Virus record (IMG/VR): IMGVR_UViG_3300021476_000020
Coordinates: 1-31,487 of that record
Length of the DNA: 31,487 nucleotides
Reading direction: 5' to 3' (one strand)
Source: a virus
Taxonomy: Duplodnaviria; Caudoviricetes
Part shown: positions 8,713 through 16,154 of the stretch, piece by piece
How the letters are laid out: every line of letters begins with the position of its first letter
How positions within the stretch are numbered: position 1 is the first letter of the stretch
Position numbers and translations under genes: made by a program
Notes under the pieces: generated by a model
What the model was told of the DNA's origin: nothing
The model's input: the letters and a program-made list of their open reading frames with translations, nothing else
Databases searched by the model: none

Positions 8713-9593
8713 GTCAGATCAACTCCCTGGATCGGAAAATCCACCGTCGAACTATACCCGCCATAGTCTTTAGATATGGCGCTCCCCACCCCGTTCCCGA
8801 TTACTGTACTATCGAGCGGCGGATACACACTCATGTTCCATTTTTTATCGTCCAACTGGGACAGCTTATAATTGAACGCATACGCCGTCTTCACGATGTT
8901 CAACGCGCCAAAGATAAATGACGGTGGCACCGCGCCCATATAGATTATCTCAGCCGCCTGCTGCTCGAAGAAATCAAATATGCTCTCGAAATGCGGTAGC
9001 GGCAAACTGAACGTCGTACTTGGAAATCCCAAGTCCCCCGCCGGATCGATGGCGGCGCACAGGGCATTGAAACTCGCCGCCATGCCGTTCCAGTCCGCCA
9101 TCCAGAGGTTTACTGCCTTCGTAATCTGGGTTTTTATCGGCACGAGGTTCTTTCCCGTCAAGCGATCAGTCGGGATACCTTTGACCACATCGAATAGTGG
9201 TTTTGTCCGCGGGCCCGTGGGATTAGTCGTCCCATCGCCAAGGTTCTGTATCGTCTTCCAGAAATAGTTAGAGGTAAAACGAAATCTCCCCCACGCCACA
9301 TCCGGCACGCCGTTACGTATGGCGTCTTCTAATGAGGTAAACCCAACCGGCGTAACCGGAATTTCCGGCTGTGTGTCTATGGGGAGAATTTTGATCACAG
9401 AATATATTTGTTTCCGCACCCACCCCGGCCCCCACACGCCGTCCAGGAAGCTAAAATAAAACGGCGTCTGCCGCGGGACATACCAGAACCACGGCAAAGA
9501 CGTATTAGATTTTTTGGGAAAATGTATGCGTACCAGCGTGTCCGGCATCCCGAACTCGCGATAGACGCCGTCGGCACCCCGGATATCGACCAT
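8709..9593 (-). CDS. Hypothetical protein (294 aa)
   Basis: Long ORF coupled to the downstream gene; no recognised motif. Confidence 0.75.
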   Translation of the reverse strand: MVDIRGADGVYREFGMPDTLVRIHFPKKSNTSLPWFWYVPRQTPFYFSFLDGVWGPGWVRKQIYSVIKILPIDTQPEIPVTPVGFTSLEDAIRNGVPDVAWGRFRFTSNYFWKTIQNLGDGTTNPTGPRTKPLFDVVKGIPTDRLTGKNLVPIKTQITKAVNLWMADWNGMAASFNALCAAIDPAGDLGFPSTTFSLPLPHFESIFDFFEQQAAEIIYMGAVPPSFIFGALNIVKTAYAFNYKLSQLDDKKWNMSVYPPLDSTVIGNGVGSAISKDYGGYSSTVDFPIQGVDLT

Positions 9594-9614
9594 GACGTTT
9601 ACCGTAGCGGTAAC

Positions 9615-9770
9615 TTAGACCTTCGCGGCTACCGACTGCGCGGCCTGGGCCAGTTTCGCTTCCGCCGCCGCCAGATCGGCTTTCACGGCGGTAATCGCGT
9701 ACGCGCCGTACAGATAGCCGACAAGCGTCCCGACAACCCACACAATCGTAACTACCAGAAGTCCATCCAT
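9615..9770 (-). CDS. Small membrane-anchored coiled-coil peptide (51 aa)
   Basis: Not in the ORF track. GGAG RBS; MDGLLVVTIVWVVGTLVGYLYGAYAITAVKADLAAAEAKLAQAAQSVAAKV. Confidence 0.65.
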   Translation of the reverse strand: MDGLLVVTIVWVVGTLVGYLYGAYAITAVKADLAAAEAKLAQAAQSVAAKV

Positions 9771-9779
9771 GACAGTCTC

Positions 9780-10454
9780 CTACTGAATTTCCCTGGGAAG
9801 AATATTACACACATCATTCGTCGGCAGGATAACATACAACCCGGAACCCTGCAAGGTGCCAACAAGAATACCTTTCACTTGCCCCTGCGCGTTCAATGCC
9901 CCCGATCCACTCGACCCAAAAAACCCCGCCCCCTGGACCAACGCAGACACTCTCCACATGAAATGCTCACCGACCGGGGATGCCACTACGCCGGTTGTCT
10001 CGACGTACTCGCCGGCCGGCCATCCCTTGAAGGTAAGAGGCTCGCCAAGTTTCAGTGGTTCACATGACACCTTCGTCGGCTGGAACGGTATGGTGCCGAG
10101 GGGAGCTTCTTTAAACTTGCCCTTGTCGTCATCGTCCCGCTCCTGCTTCGTGGTCTTCACGAGGGCCTTGTCCAACCGCAGCAAACCATAATCACGCCCC
10201 GGCGTAACAAAAACCGGCAAAGCGGTATACTTCTCCACGCTCTCGTTATCCTTCCGCTCTGGGTTTGCCTTGGAGACAAACAAGTCAGATTGTTCCACAC
10301 AGTGTCCCGCGGTAAGAACATACCCATGCCCAAGATATACTCCCGAGCAGTTCTCGACGTAGACGGGTTCCGATTTTGCGCGCGACGTAAGAATGACGCT
10401 AAACAAGATCAACATGAGTAAGAGGGTCAAATAACCCCAACATCTGGCAGGCAT
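9780..10454 (-). CDS. Trypsin-like serine protease with N-terminal signal/TM segment
   Basis: Triad motifs LTAGHC, DYGLL and GSSGS; hydrophobic N-terminus. Start is ATG 10454 or GTG 10466. Confidence 0.88.
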   Translation of the reverse strand: MPARCWGYLTLLLMLILFSVILTSRAKSEPVYVENCSGVYLGHGYVLTAGHCVEQSDLFVSKANPERKDNESVEKYTALPVFVTPGRDYGLLRLDKALVKTTKQERDDDDKGKFKEAPLGTIPFQPTKVSCEPLKLGEPLTFKGWPAGEYVETTGVVASPVGEHFMWRVSALVQGAGFFGSSGSGALNAQGQVKGILVGTLQGSGLYVILPTNDVCNILPREIQ

Positions 10455-10523
10455 GACGTGCTCCACTTGCGTTCACTATACGTTTCAGAAAAGTCGGATA
10501 GTCGGATATTATCCGTCGTCCGA

Positions 10524-10538
10524 TTAACAAGGTGTTAG
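10524..10538. promoter_or_regulatory. CtrA-box-like site
   Basis: TTAA-caaggtg-TTAG, upstream of the protease gene. Confidence 0.45.
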
Positions 10539-10849
10539 GATCGAGGCGGCCACGCCAGCCAGTAGTTATAGAACCTGCGCCAGAGTGACACCTTCTTGGG
10601 TTTTGGTAAAGTGAAAAACGAGTTGGCAAGGTCGATTTGTTGTTTCACCTTTGGAGGGTATAGGTTCGGCTCTTCGGTATAGCCGGGGGCCATCGTGGCT
10701 ACAACGCTGGCGGGCCTTTCCAGTTCCGGAAACTCCACCTTGTTGAGGGCGGCGATACGCCGTTTCGATAACCGCTTTGACGCGGCGCGACCTTCGCGTT
10801 TTTCGCGGGCAGTCTGTTTCTCGATTGCGTGGTTGATCATTGAGGGCAT
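10535..10849 (-). CDS. Hypothetical protein (104 aa)
   Basis: AGGAG RBS upstream of the ATG; basic N-terminus. Confidence 0.65.
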   Translation of the reverse strand: MPSMINHAIEKQTAREKREGRAASKRLSKRRIAALNKVEFPELERPASVVATMAPGYTEEPNLYPPKVKQQIDLANSFFTLPKPKKVSLWRRFYNYWLAWPPRS

Positions 10850-10870
10850 GGGGGTCTCCTGGATTGGGAG

Positions 10871-10908
10871 TTAACAGGATATTAGGGGGATATTACCAAA
10901 AGATTAAC
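10871..10908. promoter_or_regulatory. Array of four CtrA-type half-sites at 11-bp period
   Basis: TTAA(10871)-N7-TTAG(10882)-N7-TTAC(10893)-N7-TTAAC(10904), just upstream of the leftward operon. Confidence 0.6.
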
Positions 10909-11041
10909 ATTGGTTTTTCTAGGACCCATATTTCTGAAGGGGGCTTGCTTCGCGCGAGGGGGCCGCGGCCGGCCATGGTCCCCGTCCGGGTCGCCAATCC
11001 CAGACAGGGCCATTCCCAGTCCACCTTCCCACCTTATATTT

Positions 11042-11074
11042 ACCATGGTGGGATTTCTCCCACCATGGTTTATT
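11042..11074. terminator. 12-bp hairpin, terminator-like
   Basis: ACCATGGTGGGA-TTTC-TCCCACCATGGT followed by TTATT on the + strand; lies just downstream of the 11081-11299 gene. Confidence 0.5.
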
Positions 11075-11080
11075 GCAACC

Positions 11081-11299
11081 TTAGGCCTTGGTAACGTTCA
11101 AGCTGACCTTGGTGTCGGCGATACGGACGAAACCGCCGGAGGTATAGAGCAACGTCGCTGCCACCTTGGAGGCGTCAAACGGAACCTTCGCCTTGTCGGC
11201 TTCCTTACGAGCTTTCTCAATCGCTGACTTGCTCTGAAACGGTGTCGCAGCAAGTTCGATAGTGAGGGTAAGCGTGTTACCTTTGAGAGTGCCGTTCAT
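11081..11299 (-). CDS. Small hypothetical protein (72 aa)
   Basis: AAAGGATCAG RBS ending 4 nt before the ATG. Confidence 0.75.
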   Translation of the reverse strand: MNGTLKGNTLTLTIELAATPFQSKSAIEKARKEADKAKVPFDASKVAATLLYTSGGFVRIADTKVSLNVTKA

Positions 11300-11409
11300 G
11301 TTACTGATCCTTTAGTTGTTGCAATCGAAACCATTTCCGATCACATTTCGATGCCCTCGCCGCGTCGCGCCGTTAAATTTTGTTAATGATTTACCTTACC
11401 GCGTCGTAG

Positions 11410-11503
11410 CACATTACAATTTGTCCATAAAGGTCACGTAATCACACATTACCATTTGTCCATATTTCCAGAGCAGGTGCAACAAATTTCCAAAGCAGGT
11501 GCA
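11410..11503. repeat. Two pairs of short direct repeats
   Basis: CACATTAC(A/C)ATTTGTCCATA at 11410 and 11445; ATTTCCA(G/A)AGCAGGTGCA at 11464 and 11486 (22-bp period). Confidence 0.8.
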
Positions 11504-11533
11504 GCATTGTAATAAATCGTGGTCTATCATAAA

Positions 11534-11985
11534 TATCAATACTTTAAATGGTTACCTATTGAAGTTTACCATATTATCCACCACCCTATCCGCACAAAAT
11601 ACCCCCTATTTGCAAGCTATTCGCGCGAATTGTTCTCCAACCTTTTCAAAGGCATAAGGGTTATTCGCTTATTCGCAATGGTTAATTTCGAAGAAATATA
11701 TAAATGGTCGTATGCCCCCTTATTCGCATATTCGCATTTATGGTGTCCTGCGTTGCTACCTTCACACATAAATACAACCGCTGGTATGCAATATAGGTTA
11801 CTTTTGGTTGAACATATGACCATTATAGTGTTCGTGCCTTCAAGGTGGCGCGAATAAGCGAATAACCCCTATCCCTTTGAAAGGTATCACATTTTACGCG
11901 CGCGAATAGCCCGCAAATACTCTCTCAACTCAACGAATAAACGGTCTATCATATAAATCAAATACTTAGCTGTAACTTATTGATT
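11534..11985. promoter_or_regulatory. Three IHF-consensus sites (WATCAA-N4-TTR)
   Basis: 11534-11546 TATCAATACTTTA (+), 11956-11968 AATCAAATACTTA (+), 11973-11985 AATCAATAAGTTA (-). Confidence 0.55.
11607..11919. repeat. ~70-bp imperfect inverted repeat with a 173-bp spacer
   Basis: Arms 11607-11676 and 11850-11919 share TATTTGC..GCTATTCGCGCG and TTTCAAAGG.ATA.GGGTTATTCGCTTATTCGC. Confidence 0.85.
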
Positions 11986-12227
11986 TATATAAATTATTTC
12001 TCCTATCTGCATGATTTTTCAATGATACTTGCGAATAATTCCCAACAACCGCATTGCAGTTCCTGGTCTGTACTACCATGTCCAGCATTTGTATACATAT
12101 CGTGGACAAGATGCATTTGTATATAGTAAATGGCGGGCGCGACCCGGCGAGGTCGCCGGCTTTTGCCGGCCTTTATGCCGTTGAAAGCCCGTTACCATGA
12201 CGGTAATAAACCCAAAGGATCAAACCC

Positions 12228-12458
12228 ATGGACCTTCATATCGATCTAAGCGAAAATCTAAGCGCTGGTCAGCGCATAGAACTGCACCCTGCAACCGACT
12301 ATTGGATGCGTGGTGATCGCTATGCCACCGTCATAGCGATTGTAAAACCCCGAGACCGTAAAGGTTTCAGGGTGCCGCGCGTGCGCGTTGAGTTCGACCT
12401 TAGCGGGCGTATCCGTATCATCCCGCAATCGTTTATCGGCCAATTGGTTAGCGCCTAG
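12228..12458 (+). CDS. Small early hypothetical protein (possible SH3-like beta fold)
   Basis: AAAGGATCA RBS; first gene of the rightward arm. Confidence 0.7.
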   Translation: MDLHIDLSENLSAGQRIELHPATDYWMRGDRYATVIAIVKPRDRKGFRVPRVRVEFDLSGRIRIIPQSFIGQLVSA

Positions 12459-12491
12459 CGTAAGCGTAGGCGATATGAAAGGATCAGTGAT

Positions 12492-12779
12492 ATGAATATG
12501 ACAACCACAGGCCCCTACACGCTTTGGTTGCGGCAAAGCGGGTTTACACAGTGGCATTTTGGCGTAAAGTGTCAGACCATACGCCAGGCACTCGAATGCC
12601 AGACCTACACCCGCCTGAAGGCCCCTCACATGGTGTGCCGCATTACCGACGACCGTAATGGCAATGCGTTTGACTGGCATGGGCGCTCCGATGCCGAGGT
12701 AATCTCATTGCCCGAACTTGTATTAGATCGCGCCATGGCGGCGCTAGTGGCAGGCCAGCAAGGTGAAAAGGTATCATGA
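12492..12779 (+). CDS. Hypothetical protein
   Basis: GAAAGGATCAG RBS; ATGA-coupled to the next gene. Confidence 0.7.
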   Translation: MNMTTTGPYTLWLRQSGFTQWHFGVKCQTIRQALECQTYTRLKAPHMVCRITDDRNGNAFDWHGRSDAEVISLPELVLDRAMAALVAGQQGEKVS

Positions 12780-12982
12780 GTATCATGAGTATCAACGTTG
12801 GCGGACATGGTAATAACGTTTCGGACGAGTTCTTAACCGAGACATTCTTGGAAGCGCTCGACCTTGTGCTGGATTTGGCTCGGGGGCGATATACTGATGC
12901 CGATGTTGAGTGGGATGATGGCATCGAGGCTGCGCTTGAGATTGTGCAGACGTTCATAAATAGAGTAAGGTTTGTGAGATGA
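12776..12982 (+). CDS. Small acidic hypothetical protein
   Basis: ATGA overlaps at both ends; AAAAGG RBS. Confidence 0.65.
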   Translation: MSIMSINVGGHGNNVSDEFLTETFLEALDLVLDLARGRYTDADVEWDDGIEAALEIVQTFINRVRFVR

Positions 12983-13098
12983 ACATGTTTCGTGATCTTA
13001 TAGCGGGACTGGCACTGTTCGCCGTACAGTCACTGTGGGCAGTGCTGGTTCTGCTGATAACAGGAGGGTGCCTGTATATGGCATTATTGGTATTATGA
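12979..13098 (+). CDS. Small hydrophobic membrane peptide (39 aa)
   Basis: Not in the track: MNMFRDLIAGLALFAVQSLWAVLVLLITGGCLYMALLVL. ATGA-coupled on both sides. Confidence 0.55.
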   Translation: MNMFRDLIAGLALFAVQSLWAVLVLLITGGCLYMALLVL

Positions 13099-13295
13099 CA
13101 GTCCGGTTCTCCAAGCGGCACTACGTGGAGATTGCAGCACTGTTACGTGTGCTGCCGTTCTCTACCGACGATCCTTGCACCTATCGGCAGCGCTTGATTG
13201 GCGAGTTCGTGAAAGTGTTTCTTGCTGACAATCCGAAATTCAGCCTGCGCATGTTCACCAAAGCAGTGAACCTGTACAAAAAGGATACACCATGA
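13095..13295 (+). CDS. Hypothetical protein (MTVRFSKRHY...)
   Basis: ATGA-coupled at both ends; FLADNPKF segment. Confidence 0.65.
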   Translation: MTVRFSKRHYVEIAALLRVLPFSTDDPCTYRQRLIGEFVKVFLADNPKFSLRMFTKAVNLYKKDTP

Positions 13296-13699
13296 GCAAG
13301 GTAAGTAAACAATATCAATGGTTTCAGTTTCATCGTGCCAAGCGCGATCATATCGTGTGGAAAAAACTTCAGGAGCATGTGGCCAAGTGTTTATTGCCCA
13401 AGGGGACGCTGTTTTTTGTCGGTGGGACTCTTCGGTACCCTAAATGCCGTGCCGAGGCGCTTATGGTTCTGAAAATCTGGCGTGCGTCTAGAACACCACT
13501 ATCAGGATTCCATCTAGAGCAATACAAGCGGCTAAAGAAGTATGAAGTGTACTACCCTGTAAAGGGATTGTTTTTCCCGAAATATGAGTACACGGCCGGC
13601 AAGGTGGCAAGGCCACGGCGTAAATTCTCCATGGAGAATATCACCTGTGCGTCTGGTATACATTTCTTTTTTGATTACAACCACGCAAAGGTGTTCTGA
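13292..13699 (+). CDS. DUF5758-like protein
   Basis: KCRAE...YEYTAGKV...CASGIHFF pattern; AAAGGA RBS. Confidence 0.6.
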   Translation: MSKVSKQYQWFQFHRAKRDHIVWKKLQEHVAKCLLPKGTLFFVGGTLRYPKCRAEALMVLKIWRASRTPLSGFHLEQYKRLKKYEVYYPVKGLFFPKYEYTAGKVARPRRKFSMENITCASGIHFFFDYNHAKVF

Positions 13700-13841
13700 T
13701 GCGGGCGTTCCAGCTTGCCATCATATTCATCATACTGTGTGTGATGATCGAGTATTGGCTCGGGCTCGTGCCGGATATACCACGTTAACCAGGTAACACG
13801 CCAACCTGGTTAGCGACCCCTAATGGCGTATAGGTGACCTA

Positions 13842-14471
13842 ATGAAAATGAAGAAGCTCTTATCTACCGTGGCTATACTAGCTTTGCTGATATCCCCTGC
13901 GTGGGCCGACAGCGAAGATATATTTGGGAGCCATGGCGAACATGGCGAACATGGCGAACATGGCGAACATGGCGAACATGGCCATGGTTATAACCATGGT
14001 TATAACGGCCATGATCATGGTTATCATGGCCATGGTGGTCATGGCTCAGGCGGCTCAGGCGGTAATGGAGGTAGCAGTGGTGGTGATCCAAGCGGCGGTT
14101 CCCATGGGAGCGGAAGCTCAGGGACCGGTAGTGGAGGCAAGAGCACGACATCTCCTAAGCAACAGCAGCAGCAACAGCAACAGCAATCCAAGAGTAATAA
14201 TGCTCTCGGCAATTATTTTGCTGGTCTTGCCGTGTGTAATGTGTTTGGCCACCTCGTGGACACGTTCATCGTTGACCGTGGCCAGTATGGCCCATTGGGA
14301 TATTCCGCAAACCTGCGCAAGCGTACATATGGCGACCAAGCAGCCGTGATCGGTAATTGTCTTGTGCCGTTCATTGGTGGGCTCATTGCTCGTAAGCTCA
14401 CTGGCGAAAATGAGAACAAGCCGTTGGCGTTCTATACTGATGACTCGTGGATGCGTGTAGCGCACTATTGA
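13842..14471 (+). CDS. Secreted/membrane His-Gly-rich low-complexity protein
   Basis: Signal peptide MKKLLSTVAILALLISPAWA; (HGE)5, His/Gly and Gly/Ser tracts; poly-Q. Confidence 0.8.
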   Translation: MKMKKLLSTVAILALLISPAWADSEDIFGSHGEHGEHGEHGEHGEHGHGYNHGYNGHDHGYHGHGGHGSGGSGGNGGSSGGDPSGGSHGSGSSGTGSGGKSTTSPKQQQQQQQQQSKSNNALGNYFAGLAVCNVFGHLVDTFIVDRGQYGPLGYSANLRKRTYGDQAAVIGNCLVPFIGGLIARKLTGENENKPLAFYTDDSWMRVAHY

Positions 14472-14544
14472 CAACAGCAAGCCTAAGCCTTGCAAGGTGA
14501 CAAGGTAAAACTTGTCACTCATGGAAGGCTAATGGGAGAGTAAA

Positions 14545-14661
14545 ATGGAATTAGTGGCGTTCTACGTGATTGTGTGCGCATTACCTACGTGGATAGTTCT
14601 TGCAGTACTGTATTACGTGTCGGGCGGTGCAAGCACACGACATGATCGTGACCCGCACTAG
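14545..14661 (+). CDS. Small membrane peptide (38 aa)
   Basis: GGGAG RBS; MELVAFYVIVCALPTWIVLAVLYYVSGG... Confidence 0.45.
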   Translation: MELVAFYVIVCALPTWIVLAVLYYVSGGASTRHDRDPH

Positions 14662-14765
14662 GGGGCGCGATGCGGCGAGGTAAACGGAAATTCGCGAGCG
14701 GCGGCGCGTTACCGCCGCGGTAACCGGCCCGAGTGGCCATATGAAGAAGGATAAGGATCAGGATC

Positions 14766-15467
14766 ATGACGACAAATACTATCACATTCGAAACCCTCAA
14801 GGCGGAAATAGCTGAGTTGGGCCGTCAAGCCGGCGAGGGCAAGGACACACAGATTAAGTTCGATCTGAAAGTGTTCGAAGCCTCATATCAGGGCAAGCTC
14901 GATTTGCAGCCTAACAAGCACGCCCCTGACGTAGACGACGCCACCAAGTTGGCCGAAATATATGCCACGTCTCAGAACAAGTCAGTGATCTTCGATGCCA
15001 AGGCCCCTAACCAGCAAAAACTCACCGCCACGGTGCGGACTGCCATTAAGATTGGCGGGTACACCAAAGGTGGCACGAATGAGCCGTTGGCCACATGTAA
15101 TAATCTGGTCAATCTGCGCCAAGACCTCAAGAAAAAGGGCACTAAGGGTCTTGAAGACCCGCATAACATGTTCTTGCGTTGGGCGCGCCAACAACTCAAG
15201 CGCGACAAGATGATCGAGGGTGACGAGCTTAAGGCGTTCTGTTATAAACCTGTCACTGAACTGCGCAGCGCTGAGGAAGTTCTTCGCAGCATACAGAAAA
15301 TTGCCACGAACCTGACCAATGGTAAGGTGAGTAATTGTCCTGATCTGGACAATTCGCCCGAAGTCAAAAGTATTATCACTGCGTGCAACACACGCATCAC
15401 GAAGATTGTGCAAGCGCGTACAGGAAATACACAGCCGCAACCGCCTGTTCATAAGGTGGCACCGTAA
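14766..15467 (+). CDS. Hypothetical protein (233 aa)
   Basis: AAGGATCAG RBS; long ORF. Confidence 0.8.
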   Translation: MTTNTITFETLKAEIAELGRQAGEGKDTQIKFDLKVFEASYQGKLDLQPNKHAPDVDDATKLAEIYATSQNKSVIFDAKAPNQQKLTATVRTAIKIGGYTKGGTNEPLATCNNLVNLRQDLKKKGTKGLEDPHNMFLRWARQQLKRDKMIEGDELKAFCYKPVTELRSAEEVLRSIQKIATNLTNGKVSNCPDLDNSPEVKSIITACNTRITKIVQARTGNTQPQPPVHKVAP

Positions 15468-15613
15468 TGGGAATGCCCCGAGATAACGTAAAGCAACCCT
15501 CTTATAGCTCATGGTGGAAACATCTAAGAGCCAAAGGAAAACGGCAATTTTGGAAGATGGCGCGACGACAACAGAAAACTGTTGCGAAGCGCGATGCGGA
15601 AAGCTTTAAATAG
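15467..15613 (+). CDS. Small basic protein (48 aa)
   Basis: TAATG coupling; WWKHLRAKGKRQFWK segment. Confidence 0.55.
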   Translation: MGMPRDNVKQPSYSSWWKHLRAKGKRQFWKMARRQQKTVAKRDAESFK

Positions 15614-15651
15614 CGCGGTTTAGTGCCGCTTGTCCATTGCCTGCGGCATTA

Positions 15652-15713
15652 GTGCCGGGTGGGAGTTTCTGATCCTTTCGCCCACCCGGCACACGGATTT
15701 CACGAAAGGATCA
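15652..15713 (+). ncRNA. Putative structured RNA element (H-type pseudoknot, or hairpin with anti-RBS loop)
   Basis: Stem 15652-15663/15681-15692 (12 bp); loop 15670-15680 pairs with 15703-15713 (11 bp). Confidence 0.5.
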
Positions 15714-16154
15714 ACACTTGAAAGGTGACACATGATAACTTGTTGTAAATGTGGTGTGACTCATGCATCATTTGTTGTTGCTTGTACCGTATGCACGCAG
15801 CAGACTATAACACGAAACAATGCGCGTTCTTTTCGAGCCACAGATATTGAAGATTTGGAACTCTCTGTACGAGCAACCACTGGATTACGCAATCTAGGTA
15901 TCACAACGGTTGGCGAGTTATTGCAATGGACAGTTCTTGATTTATGCCGTTGTCCTAACTTTGGCGCACGGTCTCGGGCCGCAGTACAGGAAGTCTTGGC
16001 ACGGCAGCAATGTTACTTACGTGACGAGAGCGTAATAGCCCACATGCGTCGTGTTGCAAGCGATAAAGCGCAACGCGGCGAGTGACGAATTATCGCGACG
16101 GTAACACCCCGAACGTCGTGGCCTTCAGGGGTACACTTGAAAGGTGACACATGA
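15714..16154 (+). repeat. 22-bp exact direct repeat comprising RBS and start codon
   Basis: ACACTTGAAAGGTGACACATGA at 15714-15735 and 16133-16154. Confidence 0.9.
15732..16085 (+). CDS. Zn-ribbon plus RNA polymerase alpha subunit C-terminal-domain-like protein
   Basis: CCKC...CTVC, then IEDLELSVRATTGLRNLGITTVGELLQWT..DLCRCPNFGARS...VQEVL, matching the RpoA CTD pattern. Confidence 0.85.
   Translation: MITCCKCGVTHASFVVACTVCTQQTITRNNARSFRATDIEDLELSVRATTGLRNLGITTVGELLQWTVLDLCRCPNFGARSRAAVQEVLARQQCYLRDESVIAHMRRVASDKAQRGE

Larger units (their letters stand above)
11300..12227. promoter_or_regulatory. AT-rich divergent control region; candidate origin or packaging/terminus region
   Basis: Lies between divergent gene blocks and contains direct repeats, a 70-bp inverted repeat, TATTCGC arrays and three IHF-consensus sites. 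Confidence 0.65.

Noticed and set aside
9408-10067. 219-aa + strand ORF
   Set aside because: Antisense to three better-supported minus-strand genes; no recognisable motif.
11373-11386. TTAA-N6-TTAA as a CtrA box
   Set aside because: The spacer is 6 nt rather than 7.
11519-11857. 112-aa ORF in the AT-rich hub (and antisense 11617-11823)
   Set aside because: No RBS, atypical composition, and it overlaps the inverted repeat; probably non-coding.
12643-12658. TTACCG-ACGA-CCGTAA as an additional palindrome copy
   Set aside because: Both an N4 spacer and a mismatch; not counted. Half-sites near 9689, 10309 and 11396 were also excluded.
13924-14349. MANMANMAN repeat ORF and antisense HVRHVR ORF
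   Set aside because: Alternative frames of the CATGGCGAA repeat; the signal-peptide frame (13842) is the credible one.
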